Counted from the first letter of the stretch, positions 27,767 to 41,431 are shown. The stretch is 64,000 bases of DNA from Macrostomum hystrix (GCA_950097015.1 CATNEN010000030.1:1240001-1304000), one strand, 5' to 3'. Notes: generated by a model from the sequence alone, not told the origin. Made by a program: numbers and translations.

Positions 27767-28535
27767 CGAGGGGTGTTGCAAAAGTTTCCGGACATATGCT
27801 CGTCATGGTGATAATTTTTGTCTGATTCAGCAAAAAAATTAAACAGGACGAACAGGCAACTGCATTTTATAATATTATATAGTTTCAGAAAGTTTAGGAG
27901 TTGATCGTCCAAAGTAATACGCGATTGTACACTTAGCTTATTATAGTCATGAAATACGATTTCCGAGTTACAGCTACCAATCACTGTCACTGTCGCTTCT
28001 ATCGCCGGATGCGTCCACAGGTTGATTGCTGGCTCGCTCCACGTATTCGCCATATACGGAGATGCATTTTCGGTAGCAGCTCAATCAGCTTGTCGAAGCC
28101 AGACCCCCAGAAGCTGGCATCGAACTGATGTAGAGACTTGTTGGCTGCTTCGATGACCTCCTCGCGCGTTGTGAAGATCTCGCCCCGCATTGGCATCTTC
28201 ATTGGGCCAAAGAGGTGGAAATCGGAAATCGGCTGTTTTGCCCTGTCGTTGGCATGCCATGATAAAGTGGCGCTGGCTTTCCTTAGACCCGAACTCCGAT
28301 GGATTCTTCGGTCGACTCAGTTTCGCTCACTTTTGGTTTGTGAAAAATCGTGTCAACAGCTTCAAAGGGCTGCAACCTATTTTGGCCCTCATGTATGCTG
28401 TGGTTGACTAAGCTGCATAAAATTTTAGGAAAAGTCTTCTACGGCTGAATACCATAGACATCCATTTTCAGCCAAATCAAACACGAATTGTCACCAGGAT
28501 TAGCACTAGTCCGGAAACTTTTGCAACACCCCTCG
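27767..28535 (-). mobile_element. Internally deleted mariner (Tc1/mariner) element, 769 bp
   Basis: Perfect 27-bp TIRs cgaggggtgttgcaaaagtttccggac flanked by TA. Transposase C-terminal remnant SDFHLFGPMKMPMRGEIFTTREEVIEA...GFDKLIE on the minus strand. Confidence 0.92.
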
Positions 28536-29084
28536 TACTTCTCTGTGTATTTTCTCTATTCTTTATTATTTTGTAATTTATATTGATTGCCAGTTGCCAC
28601 ATAATGCGGAAGAAGTTAATTCGATCTGAAGTCTAACTACGCTAAGGGCTATGATTTTTTACTACTTTTTCCGGTACTCAACGTTTTCTTTAGCTCTTTT
28701 TCAGTATAATTAGGTTATTTAATACATTGTACTAGTATATGAAATAATTATTGCTCTATCAGGTTTATATTCTAATTCGATTATTTAAATTCCTATTTAT
28801 CGGGGTGTTGTTGCACTACCTGTTGCGTCTCTATTCTTTGATTATATGCGTCTCACTCCAGTTCCCTCTGTCCGCTTTATACATTTTTATAATAGCGGAT
28901 AAAACTGTCTCATATTATATACTGTAGCGCTTCTACTATAGCCTCTGTCTGGACTCTGCTTAAGATTACCTCAAAATATCGACATGCTTTTTTGCTTCCG
29001 TCTTAACCCTCATTTTAATAAGATGTGTTGGTAAATTATATCAAATTATAACAATCAAAATTATCAAATTAGTAGACAATCTAG

Positions 29085-29345
29085 GGACCCGACCTGGGAT
29101 CATTATACCTTTCCTGGGATCATTGGACCCTTCCTGGGATCATTGGACCCATCCTGGGATCATTAGACCCTTCTTGGGATCACTGGACCCTTCCTGGGAT
29201 CATTGGATCCTACTTGGGATCGCTGGACCCTATCGAGAGATCATCGAACCCTTTCTGGGATCATTGGACCCTTCCTGGGGTCACGACCCTATTCAGAGAT
29301 CATTGAACCTTTCCTAGGATCATTGGATCCTTCCTAGAATCATTA
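29085..29345. repeat. Approx. 20-bp minisatellite
   Basis: Unit gggatcattggacccttcct, about 12 copies. Confidence 0.88.
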
Positions 29346-29894
29346 GCAAGCTTTACCACAAATGCAAAGCTAAATTTAGCTCTTAACAATAGGTATGAAT
29401 ATGTAATTCATACGAGTGATGTAACGGATTACGAGTCGTATATTTAGAAGTCGACAAAAATCACGGAACGTGAAAATACTTCAAGGAACATAAAGAAGCC
29501 GTATAACGTATAAATATGACGATTCTGAGTGAAACAGCAGCTGGTTAATGTGATGTTCATGTATGTTGTCGAGAATGTATAAAAATCGAGAAAAAAAATC
29601 TTTTGGGACCACTAACATTGCTGCCTGAAAGCTCCACAGAAAATGGTTTAACAATTTAGTATTATTACACACCGACAAAACTTTGATCAGATGTACACAC
29701 TCAGTTATTGCACGTCGCTGCAACAGATGCTGTGTGTACAGATGATCAGTCCATGGACTTGACAGTCTAAATGCCGCCATACACACGGTTTTCTACCCCA
29801 GCTATTTTGTGAACTACGAGTATTTTGTTCGTGCAATTAATCGGCCTAATCTAACCGTTCTGGAGGACGCTGCTGCTGCTGCTGTTTGGTCGGC

Positions 29895-30660
29895 TCAGCC
29901 GCGGCTGTAGGCACAGAGATTCCAAATGACTTTCGGACCACGATCGCCGACGCCGCCACTTAGGAGGATCTCGGTATCCGGCGTCGAACGAATTTCTGTC
30001 GGCGACTGCTCCTTCCATTGTCTCCGACTTCTGCCAGAACCACGGCCGCTGCTGCAGATCATATAGACATCGGTGCAAACTAGAGTTGCACATGCTAGAT
30101 AGGCGGCAATCTGAACGCCACACTTTGCCATCACCAATTCCGCACAGATGTTGCAAGCTGACCGGTTTCGCTGTAGGCTTAGCGCAAGCCTCAGCCTGGC
30201 GTTGTTGGCCAGCTCGCAGCCCGCAATGCCAAGGCCAGCCGCCAACACGACTAGCAGCGCCGTGCCAACAACGGTCAGGCCCACAGTCCAGGGTCGCGAC
30301 GAGGATCTGCCGAGGCTTGCCGTGAGCAGGCCAGCGTAGCACACGGTGGGCAGGCCGACCCAAATACCACTACCATAGACTGGGTGTTCGCGGCGAAACC
30401 TGCATTGAAAAACAGACTAATATCAATAATGTGATTCCAGACTGCACTATAGAGCACTTACCCTAGGGCTCTTACCCCAGGGCTAGAACTTCGAACAGCA
30501 GCATGAGGCCGGAGCTGATCATCAGTAATGGCGCAGCCACTTTGACAAACCGATCTCGATCGCTCCAGGTCTGCCTGGGCGCTCGCATCATAACATTGTC
30601 TTGGCCAACATTAGTAGCCAACTCAATAGAGTCACGGACTGCCTGATGAGAGCCTTGCAT
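29895..30660 (-). CDS. Four-TM protein resembling the MS4A/CD20-like family, 2 exons, about 229 aa
   Basis: Exons 30660-30476 and 30399-29895 join in phase (LALG|FRREHPVYGSGIWVGLP). Four hydrophobic segments and a G-x-GIW-x-G motif in TM2. Confidence 0.65.
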
Positions 30661-31859
30661 TTGCTCTGCTCATGTGAGTAGCTAGGTTGAACAAGCCTGT
30701 AACATGTCGAAGCTCCAGATCAGAAAATGCACTCAATTAGAGTCTCAATTTTTTAAAAGTCTTGCACATAAAGTTTTGCACATAAGCAATCAAACTTATA
30801 TATTTATGTTTTCCTGAGCTGCTAACATATTGTAAATAAATATTCAACTATTCACTTCGATTCTAGGATAATATCAAACTGTTAAAAACTATAAACTAGT
30901 ATAAAAATTGGTAAAATCTTTTCCCCTATCACATAAGAGTAAATTTAAGCCCTTTAAATAGCATGTCTAAATAACTTAACTATACAAGGTTGGACAGGGA
31001 TCAATGAATACAGATAATAGGGCTGAAGACACTCGAATGATAAGGACTAGCTTTACAAAATATGCAATTAATAAAAAATCTAATCAAATTCTAGATTCAA
31101 GAGGAGCCTAAATAAGTCATAGTCTTTTGTAACTTTGTAAGAACTAGGCCAGGGTTTGCTCATACTAAATGGTAAAGCCTAGGTACATATATGATGTACC
31201 TAGTTCTATTAGTGACGTCCGAAAGCTTAGCGACTTAGATCTCATTATTGCTGTAATTTGCTATTGCAAAATCAGAGCAATTAGAGTAAATAATTGCACA
31301 GATAATTTCACAATAAAAATACATTTTAAAAGCAAAGGATAAAGCTAAGGTTCTAAATTTTTTAAAAATAAAAAAAACTAACAGTATTACAATAATTATG
31401 TCTAAATGTTTTAAAAAGGTTTCCAAAATTGGGAATTGGGTTATAAACTCCTCGCAAGGGATATGTTTATCCCGGTAAACGAAATGTAAAAAAATATTTA
31501 TTTTAGAAAATTTGATCGTGGCATTTCGAAGAAAATTTACGTTTTAAAAAACCGCCAATTTCTTTATTTAGTATTTCACGAGACAATAAATTAAGCTTTT
31601 AATGGCATCGATTCAAGAACCAGAATATGCAATGAATTTCCGGGAAAGCTGTTCTGTTGAATGAATAACACAGAACACGGAAATATTTGCGTACAAGCCA
31701 AGTGCGTTAGCTGCGCGGAAAGTAACAGTTTTGGCCAACAGGGGAAGTGTTTGCGCATACACACGCGGAAGGTTCAAGAAAGAAGGGTGAAGAATGTTCA
31801 AGACAAGGGTTGAGTGGCTGAGCGGTTGATGTCCTGAAACGGCCTTTTCTCCGCCGTGA

Positions 31860-32425
31860 CCGCTCTGATGCTGGCGAGCAGCTATCGATTTGAGACGCTC
31901 CGTCTGCCCATTGGTCTGCGGATGATTGATGCCTGATGTCTTAACAAGCCTGATGTCCTTCTTGGCCAGGAAGTCGCTGATCAACTGCGGCCCATTGTCC
32001 GTCAGTACTTTCTCGCACAGCCCCCCCCCTTGCAAACAGGCTGCGCATTGCTCCGTGGTGATTCTGGCCGGCGGGATGACATCCGGCTATGCACTTGCTG
32101 TGCGTGCAGATCACTCACGACAATGAGGTACCGACAGAAAGTCGGCGCTGGCTGCAGCTCCCCGATGATGTCAACGACGATTTCTTACCATGGCGAATCT
32201 GGCTTGTGGATCATCTTGAGTGACCCTGAAGTACTTCTCGTTCGTCTCGCATGCTGCAGCGCAGTGTCGGACAAAGGTCTCAAGGCCGTCTTGTCCATGA
32301 CCTTCGAATCCGAGCAGAAGAAGCAGAAGGCTTTTGTTATGGATAAAATTCAAAGGACTCAATCCATCTGCTCAATAGTATCGTCGGTGATCCGCAGTTT
32401 ACCAGGAAGGGTGTGGGTGCAGGGA
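31860..32425 (-). mobile_element. Degraded Gypsy/Ty3-type LTR retrotransposon integrase fragment
   Basis: Frameshifted remnants VRHCAAAC, W-x-EIVVDIIG, KVLTDNGPQLIS and HPQTNGQTER (rve catalytic core). Confidence 0.8.
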
Positions 32426-32427
32426 TG

Positions 32428-33755
32428 CTAGTGGAGTGTTCTGTCAGACGTGGGAGTGGTCCGTCAGACATGGGAGTGGTCTGTCAGACATGGGAGTGTT
32501 CTTTCAGACATGGGAGTGTTCTGTCAGACAGGGGATTGTTCTGTCAGACAGGGGAGTGTTATGAAAGACAGTGGAGTGTTCTGTCAGACGTGGGAGTGGT
32601 CCGTCAGACATGGGAGTGGTCTGTCAGACATGGGAGTGTTCTGTCAGACAGGGAAGTGTTCTTTCAGACATGGGAGTGTTCTGTCAGACATAGGAGTGTT
32701 CTGTCAGACATGGGAGTGTTCTGTCAGACAGGGGAGTGTTATGAAAGACATGGGAGTGTTCTGTCAGACATGGGAGTGTTCTGTCAGACAGGGGAGTGTT
32801 CTGTCAGACATAGGAGTGTTCTGTCAGACATGGGAGTGTTCTGTCAGACAGGGGATTGTTCTGTCAGACAGGGGAGTGTTCTGTCAGACAGGGGAGTGTT
32901 ATGAAAGACAGTGGAGTGTTCTGTCAGACAGGGGAGTGTTCTGTCAGACATGGGAGTGTTCTGTCAGACAGGGGATTGTTCTGTCAGACAGGGGATTGTT
33001 CTGTCAGACAGGGGAGTGTTATGAAAGACATAGGAGTGTTCTGTCAGACAGGGGAGTGTTCTGTCAGACAGGGGAGTGTTCTGTCAGACATGGGAGTGTT
33101 CTGTCAGACAGGGGAGTGTTCTTTCAGACATGGGAGTGTTCTGTCAGACATGGGAGTGTTATGAAAGACAGGGGAGTGTTATGAAAGACAGGGGAGTGTT
33201 CTGTCAGACAGGGGAGTGTTCTTTCAGACAGTGGAGTGTTCTGTCAGACAGGGGAGTGTTCTGTCAGACAGGGGAGTGTTATGTCAGACAGGGGAGTGTT
33301 CTGTCAGACAGGGGAGTGTTCTGTCAGATAGGGAAGTGTTCTTTCAGACATGGGAGTGTTCTGTCAGACAGGGGAGTGTTATGTCAGACAGGGGAGTGTT
33401 CTGTCAGACAGGGGAGTGTTCTGTCAGACAGGGGAGTGTTCTGTCAGACAGGGGATTGTTCTGTCAGACAGGGGAGTGTTATGTCAGACAGGGGAGTGTT
33501 CTGTCAGACAGGGGAGTGTTCTGTCAGACAGGGGAGTGTTTTGTCAGACAGGGGAGTGTTCTGTCAGACAGGGGAGTGTTCTGTCAGACAGGGGAGTGTT
33601 CTGTCAGACAGGGGATTGTTCTGTCAGACAGGGGAGTGTTATGAAAGACAGGGGAGTGTTCTGTCAGACAGGGGAGTGTTCTGTCAGACAGGGGAGTGTT
33701 TTGTCTGACAGGGGAGTGTTCTGTCAGACAGGGGAGTGTTCTGTTAGACAGGGGA
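32428..33755. repeat. 20-bp minisatellite
   Basis: Unit ctgtcagacaggggagtgtt, about 66 copies. The long ORFs here are artefacts of the repeat. Confidence 0.97.
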
Positions 33756-33877
33756 GAGACGAGACCGAGGATAGATGAGACACGGGAAAGATGAAACAAG
33801 TGTCGGAAGGGCAATGGGCCGATTTGGGAGCTTCGAGGGCCGCATCTGACCCGCGGGCCGGAGTTTGCCAACCCGTG
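33756..33877 (+). mobile_element. Right end of a hAT (Charlie-like) MITE
   Basis: gggagcttcgagggccgcatctgacccgcgggccggagtttgccaacccgtg; the terminal 16 bp match the reverse complement of the left TIR at 45979 in 13 of 16 positions. Confidence 0.7.
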
Positions 33878-35453
33878 CCATAGGGTCATTATCGCTTGTT
33901 GCTGTCATATTACTGTCATCTGATTAACCAGACAACGCTTTAGACACGACCCGTAAGACTTCAATAAATGTTGCCTTAAGAAGACCGCTAGTCTCTAGGT
34001 AGTGAATTATTGGACTCTTTAAGAACTGTTCTACGCAACCTGACCGACCCAACCCAACCTTTTCATCCGCATCCGCCGGTGCAAAAAAAGAATCAAATTA
34101 ACGAACGATTAATTTGCTAGTTTTTCTTTTAAAGTCTTCTCGTTATATTTACACAATTCAGCAATCAGAGACTGATAAACAAACAACAATGACATTGGTT
34201 CTTTGCTGCTTTTGTAGAATTCTTTTGACGTTAAAACTCATTATTATAATGATAAAAAATTATGGCATTAACAGACCCAAAAAATTGTCGGGCTCAAAAA
34301 AAACTTTCTAAATTAAAATAATAGGAAATTCGGGAACAATTAGTAACTGGAGTTTGAGCAGAAAAATTGGCCAGGTAATTAAATAATAAAATACACCGAG
34401 AATGGCACACATTGCACTAATATAAAAGTACAGTAGTGAACTATATAAAAACTTATTAAAAGTCGATGACTAAATAAAGTCGAAAAAATACAATTTAGCT
34501 GCTTAGCAAAAATTGCTGAACTACGTTATTGAAAAGGCATAGAGATTAGCGCTTGCACTGTTAAATATTAGATGTTGAAATATCAGCAAGTATAAATGCC
34601 CGTAGAGCAGCCGCATCAGTGAGAGCTCACTGGAATAAAAAATATCATTCGCAGGAATTGTCCAAACAGAAAAAACGATAGTTGGCAATTAAAATAGAAT
34701 GTAATCTTACATACATCAGCTTGGGCATTGAATTGGGCAATTCTTGCAAAAAAATATTCACTTAAATAACTTTCCAGTTGTTTTTAGTTTTTATGCACGC
34801 AATGTTTATAACAAATAATTAATTTCGAAACTCTCATTCAGCTTTCATATTTACAAACAAAAAGTTACACGCAAACTACAAACAGTTAAACAAAAGCTAA
34901 AAAACTGGCAAAATTGAATCATTTCAAGTAACAAAATTAGCTTCATAAGATAGAATGCGAATATAAAACTAGTGTCTGCTACCAACAAAAGTGTCCACTT
35001 GGAAATATATAGAATGAATTTGGCATTCCGTTAGAACAGCAAACTAAAAAGAAAATTCAGTTTTTCACACCTACAGCAACAGTACAAGATCCAGACAATA
35101 ATGCGAGATTTGCTATTGACAAACAAACAAGGCAACAGTTCTAACCTGCTATCCATAAAGCCACTTCTGAAATCACAATTTTTCAGTTGGATGCTGTTAG
35201 TTTTAAGCTGCCGCAAATTCAAAGACACCACAAAGTGTACATGCCTGGTGATTGTTCACAGAATGATATGAGTTAACAATAGTTTGCAATCCAATCTATA
35301 TAGACACAGGGCATGACAAATAGGTTGGGGCAGGAGTGTTCAGCTAAATTGAAATGAGATTCATATGTCAACGTCTAGAAGACTAGTTGCAAGGTGAAAT
35401 TTTAAAGGAATCTCAGATTTCTCTACAGCAGAAGCAATGGCTAGCGTGGAGTT

Positions 35454-35759
35454 TTAGATCACCGCATATCTGAACTCCTGCTTGACGTGCAGCTCAGTGA
35501 AGTCAAACTGCTGCAGCTGTTGCTGAGTTGGCAGTGGCGTGGGCTCCGTCACCAGGCCGCCGGAGCAACCATCCGGGGACAGGTAGGCCTCCAAATCCGG
35601 CAGGGTGGCGAAGTCGCTGAAGTAGTCGCACGGCAGAAGATCCGGCAGGCAAGACAGCTCGCCGGCTGCCGCGGTGGATGACGCGCTAGATGGCGCCGAC
35701 GAAGCCAGGATGCTTCGCAGGGCCGGGTCCTTCTGCTCCAGGTGCTGCGACTGATGATG

Positions 35760-35802
<43 letters not shown>

Positions 35803-37370
35803 AGAGACGAAGTTGCTACGACCGCTGACAACGAGACAGGGATGGATAAATGATGATGATGGTGCTGCTGCTGTTGCTGCCACATTGATGCGAGCGGCAT
35901 ACAGCTAGCGGACATGGATACCGCCGCCGCTGCTGCCGCTGCTGACGCCGCGGCTGACTGCGGCGATGTGTCAACACTCAGCGGCAGCTGCAGCCCGTCG
36001 ATATTGTCAATGTCCGGCGACTCAGCGCTGAGGTATGGCGACACGGAAGCCGGCATTTGGTGATGCTGCAGCTGCGGCTGCTGCTGGCGGTACTGCTGAT
36101 TAGCGGCGTGTTGCTGCTGCTGCTGATGCTGGTGCTGATTTTGTTGTCTGTTGCTATGGTGACACCCACGCTGCAAAGAAGGTTAGATTCTTTATAGAAT
36201 TTGTCGGCGATTGGCTTTGCATTAAACTGTTGATATTAGCTAGATGTCTAAAATAGTGAGAGTCCTAAATTCGTCAACCAACCTTTGCCACGGGCGCCTC
36301 GTCTAGCTCCTCGTCCTCATCTTCCATGGCCTGTCGCTGCTGCTGTTGCTGACTGGCGCGCTTCTTCTGCCTTGGCTTGTACTTCCATTCGGGAAACTGC
36401 AGCTTGTGAAACTCTTTCAACCGTTCGCTCTCCTCGCGCACCAGCTCCTTCTCCTGCGGGCTGATGACCGTCTGCCAGATGGGCGCCAGCACGGAGGTCA
36501 GGGCCGCCTGGTTCACCTCTGGGAAGCATTCCATCACCACCGAGGCGGCATGCATGCGGAAGATCTGCCGGACAGAAGAGTGAATAAGTTTGAATCTACG
36601 ATCATGCGCATTTAGTCTACTTGTGAGTAGACAAGCGGAGCAAAAAATCTCCCAAATTAATTTATTATTTTAAATGTATGAAATGAAAAGCTAAAAGAAA
36701 ATAAGAATGTATATCTTTCTTTATTTTATAGCAAAAAATTAAACTGCTCATTTTATAGGAATACAAAAACGCTTTTCTATTAAAACAAAAGTCTATTTAA
36801 ACACTTTTCTTATTCATTCTATTTTTTGAAAGTTAATTATCACAGTTCTAGCAAGCTACCCTCGAAAAGTACCTTAACGTGATTTTTATTTTATATTATT
36901 ATATAATAGTATTGTAAAATGGTTTTTGCTAATAAAGACTTATTAACTTATTGAATTCAAACTGTTAGTTTTCTTGCCGGAACTAATTTGGCGCGAATTT
37001 AAAATTAAACGCAGAATCTAGATATAGCGCTCACCATCCACATATTCGGCGGTCGCTTAGTCAGCCCTGGCCGCTTCTTGCTACTCGGATCTCGGCCGCC
37101 GAATTTCATAGCCGCAGTGTACGGCTCCGGGTGCTTAGCTGGGTCGATAACGCCGTCCGAGGGCCACCGACCATCCGGGAATAGATGCCGGCCATTGTCC
37201 AGTATCTCTCGCTGCACTATGCGCTTGATTTTTTCAATCTGTGCTAGATCATTGGTTGGCTTATTGGTGTTGTTGTTATTGCTGCCCGAGACATTGCTGG
37301 AGCCGCTGCTGCTGCTGTTGCTGTTCCTGTGCTGCTTCTGGTCTGCCAGAACCACGTGACTGCTGCTCAT
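35454..37370 (-). CDS. Divergent Sox-like HMG-box transcription factor, 3 exons, about 444 aa, with polyQ/polyA/polyH tracts
   Basis: Exons 37370-37035, 36564-36283, 36170-35454. Spliced box TKRPPNMWM|IFRMHAASVVMECFPEVNQAALTSVLAPIWQTVISPQEKELVREESERLKEFHKLQFPEWKYKPRQKKR has HMG spacing (KRPxN, conserved W, EK, H, P-x-x-KYKP). Confidence 0.85.
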
Positions 37371-38609
37371 AGCTGGCTGTTATATTTTAATGAACGAAGT
37401 TTGAATTATTGTAATACCTTCTTTATTAGCGATCTAATTTTCAATGGTCAAACAGTCGAATCGTTTTGCTTGAATGAAGAGTTCTAGTGCTATTTTCTAT
37501 CTTTGTATGCAGTCTGTGTGCTGCAAGCAAGTATTTCCTCAGTGAAATAGGGGGACGCGAAGGGACAGACTGAATGGGGAGTGTGACGGTCGCATTGAAT
37601 GCAGTGGGGTTTGCAGCACCCCCCCTAGCTTTAAACAGAAGGTTAGGCGGCGGAGGGGTGGCTGCGCTGTGGGCCCAGGCGCTCACCTACCCCCCTCCGC
37701 CTCGTAGCGAACCCACGCGGGGCCCACTGACCCCACCCTAGCCTGTGCTGTGTGGCCCCAGGACCAATGATAGAGCGCGGTCTGAAGTTGGTGACGCAGA
37801 GACCCGAACCGACTATAGAATTTCTAAAAGAACTCAAATCAAATTTACTGAATGAAGCACTCACTGGCTTTGCCCCTATTTAAATTTCATAGAAATGGGG
37901 GGGAGTAAAATCCTCATAATTTTCATATGTGATGACAAGTGCGGACTTTTAAATGGACGGGGTCCACTCCGCTGTCTGTGTGTCCGACTGTCTCCATTGT
38001 TTACCGAATAAATGTTTAACCTGCTCTGCACACAGAAGCGCGCAGGGCAAGGATTGCAAACAGTGTTCCTAGGTGTAGGATTTCCATAATTGATCAGCCG
38101 TATTAGCATGCCGGGTGGAACATTGTCTTGAAAAAATGCGAGAGAGTCTAGATCTTCTACCGTTGGAGTGTGGAATTCCAGGAAATTCCATTAAATTTTT
38201 CTGATCAGGCCGTTGTGCGCTAATGTAAACAGTCTAAAGGTTTTCGCCCTGTTATTTATTTCACCCGAATCAATAGCAATGCGACACCCTAATTAACCAA
38301 GACTGCTTTTTGAGGCCGCAATCCCATTTTGGGGAATAAATTTTCCCATTCTATATTTATTTATCCTTCCGCCACCAGCCCGCTGTGCGAATGGTTAGCT
38401 AATTGAAAATTTCGCTAACTGTTATTGTGTTTGCAATCGATGCACAGTGCAATTGTATTGTTCTAATGTAAATACCAGCTATAACGGTTTATGCTAATTA
38501 ATAGAATGTGATCTGCGAATGAAATTATTCATGATATTCATACTGAAGCCAAACAATGTATACGAGCTAGATATTTTATGGCTACTAGTTCAGCGATGAC
38601 AAAGAGTGG

Positions 38610-39330
38610 AAGAGGAAAGATTGGGGAAATGTAGAGATGGGGAAGAGAGAAGAGATGGGGAAGAGAGAAGAGATGGGGAAGAGAGAAGAGATGGGGAAGA
38701 GAGAAGAGATGGGGAAGAGAGAAGAGATGGGGAAGAGAGAAGAGATGGGGAAGAGATGATAGATGGGGAAGAGAGAGATGGGAAGAGAGAGGTGGGGAAG
38801 AGAGAGATGGGAAGAGAGATAGGGAAGAGATGATAGAGTGGAAGAGAGAGGTGGGGAAGAGAGAGATGGGAAGAGAGATAGGGAAGAGATGATAGAGTGG
38901 AAGAGAGAGATGGGGAAGAGAGAGATGGGAAGAGAGATAGGGAAGAGATGATAGAGTGGAAGAGAGAGATGGGGAAGAGAGAGATGGGGAAGAGAGAGAT
39001 GGGAAGAGAGAGATGGGGAAGAGAGAGATGGGAAGAGAGAGATGGGGAAGAGAGAGATGGGAAGAGAGAGATGGGGAAGAGAGAGATGGGAAGAGAGAGA
39101 TGGGGAAGAGAGAGATGGGAAGAGAGAGATGGGGAAGAGAGAGATGGGAAGAGAGAGATGGGGAAGAGAGAGATGGGAAGAGAGATAGGGAAGAGATGAT
39201 AGAGTGGAAGAGAGAGATGGGGAAGAGAGAGGTGGGGAAGAGAGAGATGGGGAAGAGAGAGGTGGGGAAGAGAGAGATGGGGAAGAGATAATAGATGGGG
39301 AAGAGAGAGATGGGGAAGAGAGGAGAGATT
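38610..39330. repeat. Purine-rich 14-18-bp satellite
   Basis: gatggg(g)aagagaga(ga/aga) units. Confidence 0.95.
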
Positions 39331-40406
39331 GGGAATATAGGATAGATTGGGAAAAATGCAAGATAGTGAAGAAAGGGATAAAACCATGTTGTAGGGAGGG
39401 GATAGTAGAGATATAGATGCAGTAGAAAATAAAGAAATCGTGTCAGAATTGAAAGTCAAATTGTTTGTTTTTTAGCCCAAACCATTCAGTCGTGACCTGC
39501 TTGAAATTCCGCTAAGCTTTCGCGTACTTAAGATAAATATTAGGCAGATAAAGGGTGCAAAAAGCAAAGTATCAACCCTAAACTGTTTCCTACAATTCTA
39601 GCTGTTTTCTGTGTTTCCAAATCTGCGGTTGAAATCAGGGTAACAAAACTGTTAGCCCGAAGATGCACTGGGCATATTGCGCAGTACCATCCAAATTTGC
39701 CGCCAAAAAAGGGTCCGGGGGGATTTTAGGGCCGCACTGAGAGTTTGGGAATTTCGCGAGGCAGTCAGAGAAACAAAAAGATGAAAATCTTATGCGTATC
39801 CACATCATCAGTCACTTGAGGTGCTGTGCCTAGAAATTTTCCGAATACTGGCAGGCAATAAGCAAAGGCAATTATGATGCTTTGAATGCTTGTGTAATTC
39901 CCCCATTTCGCTTGCGACTGTAAATATCCAAATTGCTTCACAAGCCACTGCAGTACACAGGCCACAGTCCGTGACACACATACACAAGTATATAAAAAAA
40001 GCAAACACTGCCTTATATCTTTTTGTTGCTTTCAACATCACTTTACAGCTAGGGTAATCAACATCATGGCCCCAAAAACTATATAACTATACACTTTATG
40101 AGGTTTTTTAGAAATAGATGTTTCATCATAAACTTCATTTTCTATAGTGTGCATGGTATGGCCTTGTGGCACACCTGATTGACTCCATATAAATGTATTA
40201 AATCACTTCACAATGAACGTGCTATAAACTCAAGCGCAATGATGTGTGCCGCACGTCACTTAAAATGGCAAGGCTTTGATAATAGGAATGCAATGTGTGC
40301 TTTTTGATATGAGCTGCAACCTCATAGATAAGAGTCTTACACAAACAGACTGTGACCGCTTTGGAAGGCTGAGTCAATGTAGATCATTTTATTAGCAAGT
40401 GATTAC

Positions 40407-40600
40407 GGGTTTGTAGCCTAGTGGTCGAGACTGACAGACTCACGATTTGAAGGTCGGGGGTTCGATTACCGACTGGACAACAACAATCTGTGTCCTTTAG
40501 CTAAACAATTAAGTCTGAGTGTGGCGTCACCCCAGTCCATGGACTGAACAGTCATGCGCAGCCTTCAGATGCACAGTTATCAAATATTATTTTGTATTTT
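40407..40600 (+). mobile_element. tRNA-derived SINE (palindrome-core family)
   Basis: A-box tagcctagtgg, B-box ggttcgattacc, then tgtgtcctttagctaaacaattaag and cagtccatggactg. Confidence 0.72.
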
Positions 40601-41256
40601 TTAATTTAATATATTTTATAATTAATATTAAAGTGTTTTTTTTTTAAGCAGCAGCTACATAATAATATAAATGGGAAAAAATGATCACGGGAATAAATAT
40701 AGCGATGCTTAATTTGATATGAGCCACTATGGGACCCAAGGGACCCTCGGATATTAGTGCGTTTTTGAATTCATTCGAATATTTCTTCCCCCCCCGGCTG
40801 AGTGACCGACTGAATATCGTTAATTAAAAGAAATTGCTTCTGGAGTCTCAGAATCGCAGGATTCAGCGATCACAAACACACCAGATATATAGGCTGCCCC
40901 TTGACTGGGGCCTATTTGGAAATTGTGGCCTCCGGTTTACAGCCCCACAAACACACACACTCTCTCACAAATCCCGGTATAAAAAATCCCCCCCGAGCTG
41001 CAGGGAGGCGGTGAGGACCCGCGCCATCTGCGGGCTGACAGGACTGCAGTGGGGGCTGCTGCAACAGACAGATTCAAAATCCCCATGGGACCCCCTCCCG
41101 GCCCCTCTATCCTTAACCTTGCCCCACAATTCCCGTCTTCCAATTTTACAGCTTCCCAACTTCCCCTCCCATTTCTCTATGTATATGCATTCAGGTTTAA
41201 CAGCCGGGCATTGAAAGCAATTATCCCCTATAGCTAGTGGAGGCAGCCTTATCTAA

Positions 41257-41431
41257 CCCTGAAATCGGCACCAGATATATATATTTATTAAAGACGAAGT
41301 TGAAAAATTGCCTTCCCGCACGTCCAGGATGCATCGGCCCACATCACTCAGCCTGTCATTCGCTGCAGATGGCGCCTTCAATTTAGCGTCCCGTTTCGAA
41401 TTTCTTATCAGCTCAGACCGCCTGAGCAGGG
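41257..41431. mobile_element. Possible small piggyBac-like MITE
   Basis: ctaa|ccctg ... caggg|ttaa termini. The TIR is very short and the left TTAA is imperfect. Confidence 0.3.

Noticed and set aside
32413-33778. Long Cys-rich ORFs (CQTGECSVRQGSVLSD...)
   Set aside because: Translations of a 20-bp satellite that lacks stops; open in several frames at once.
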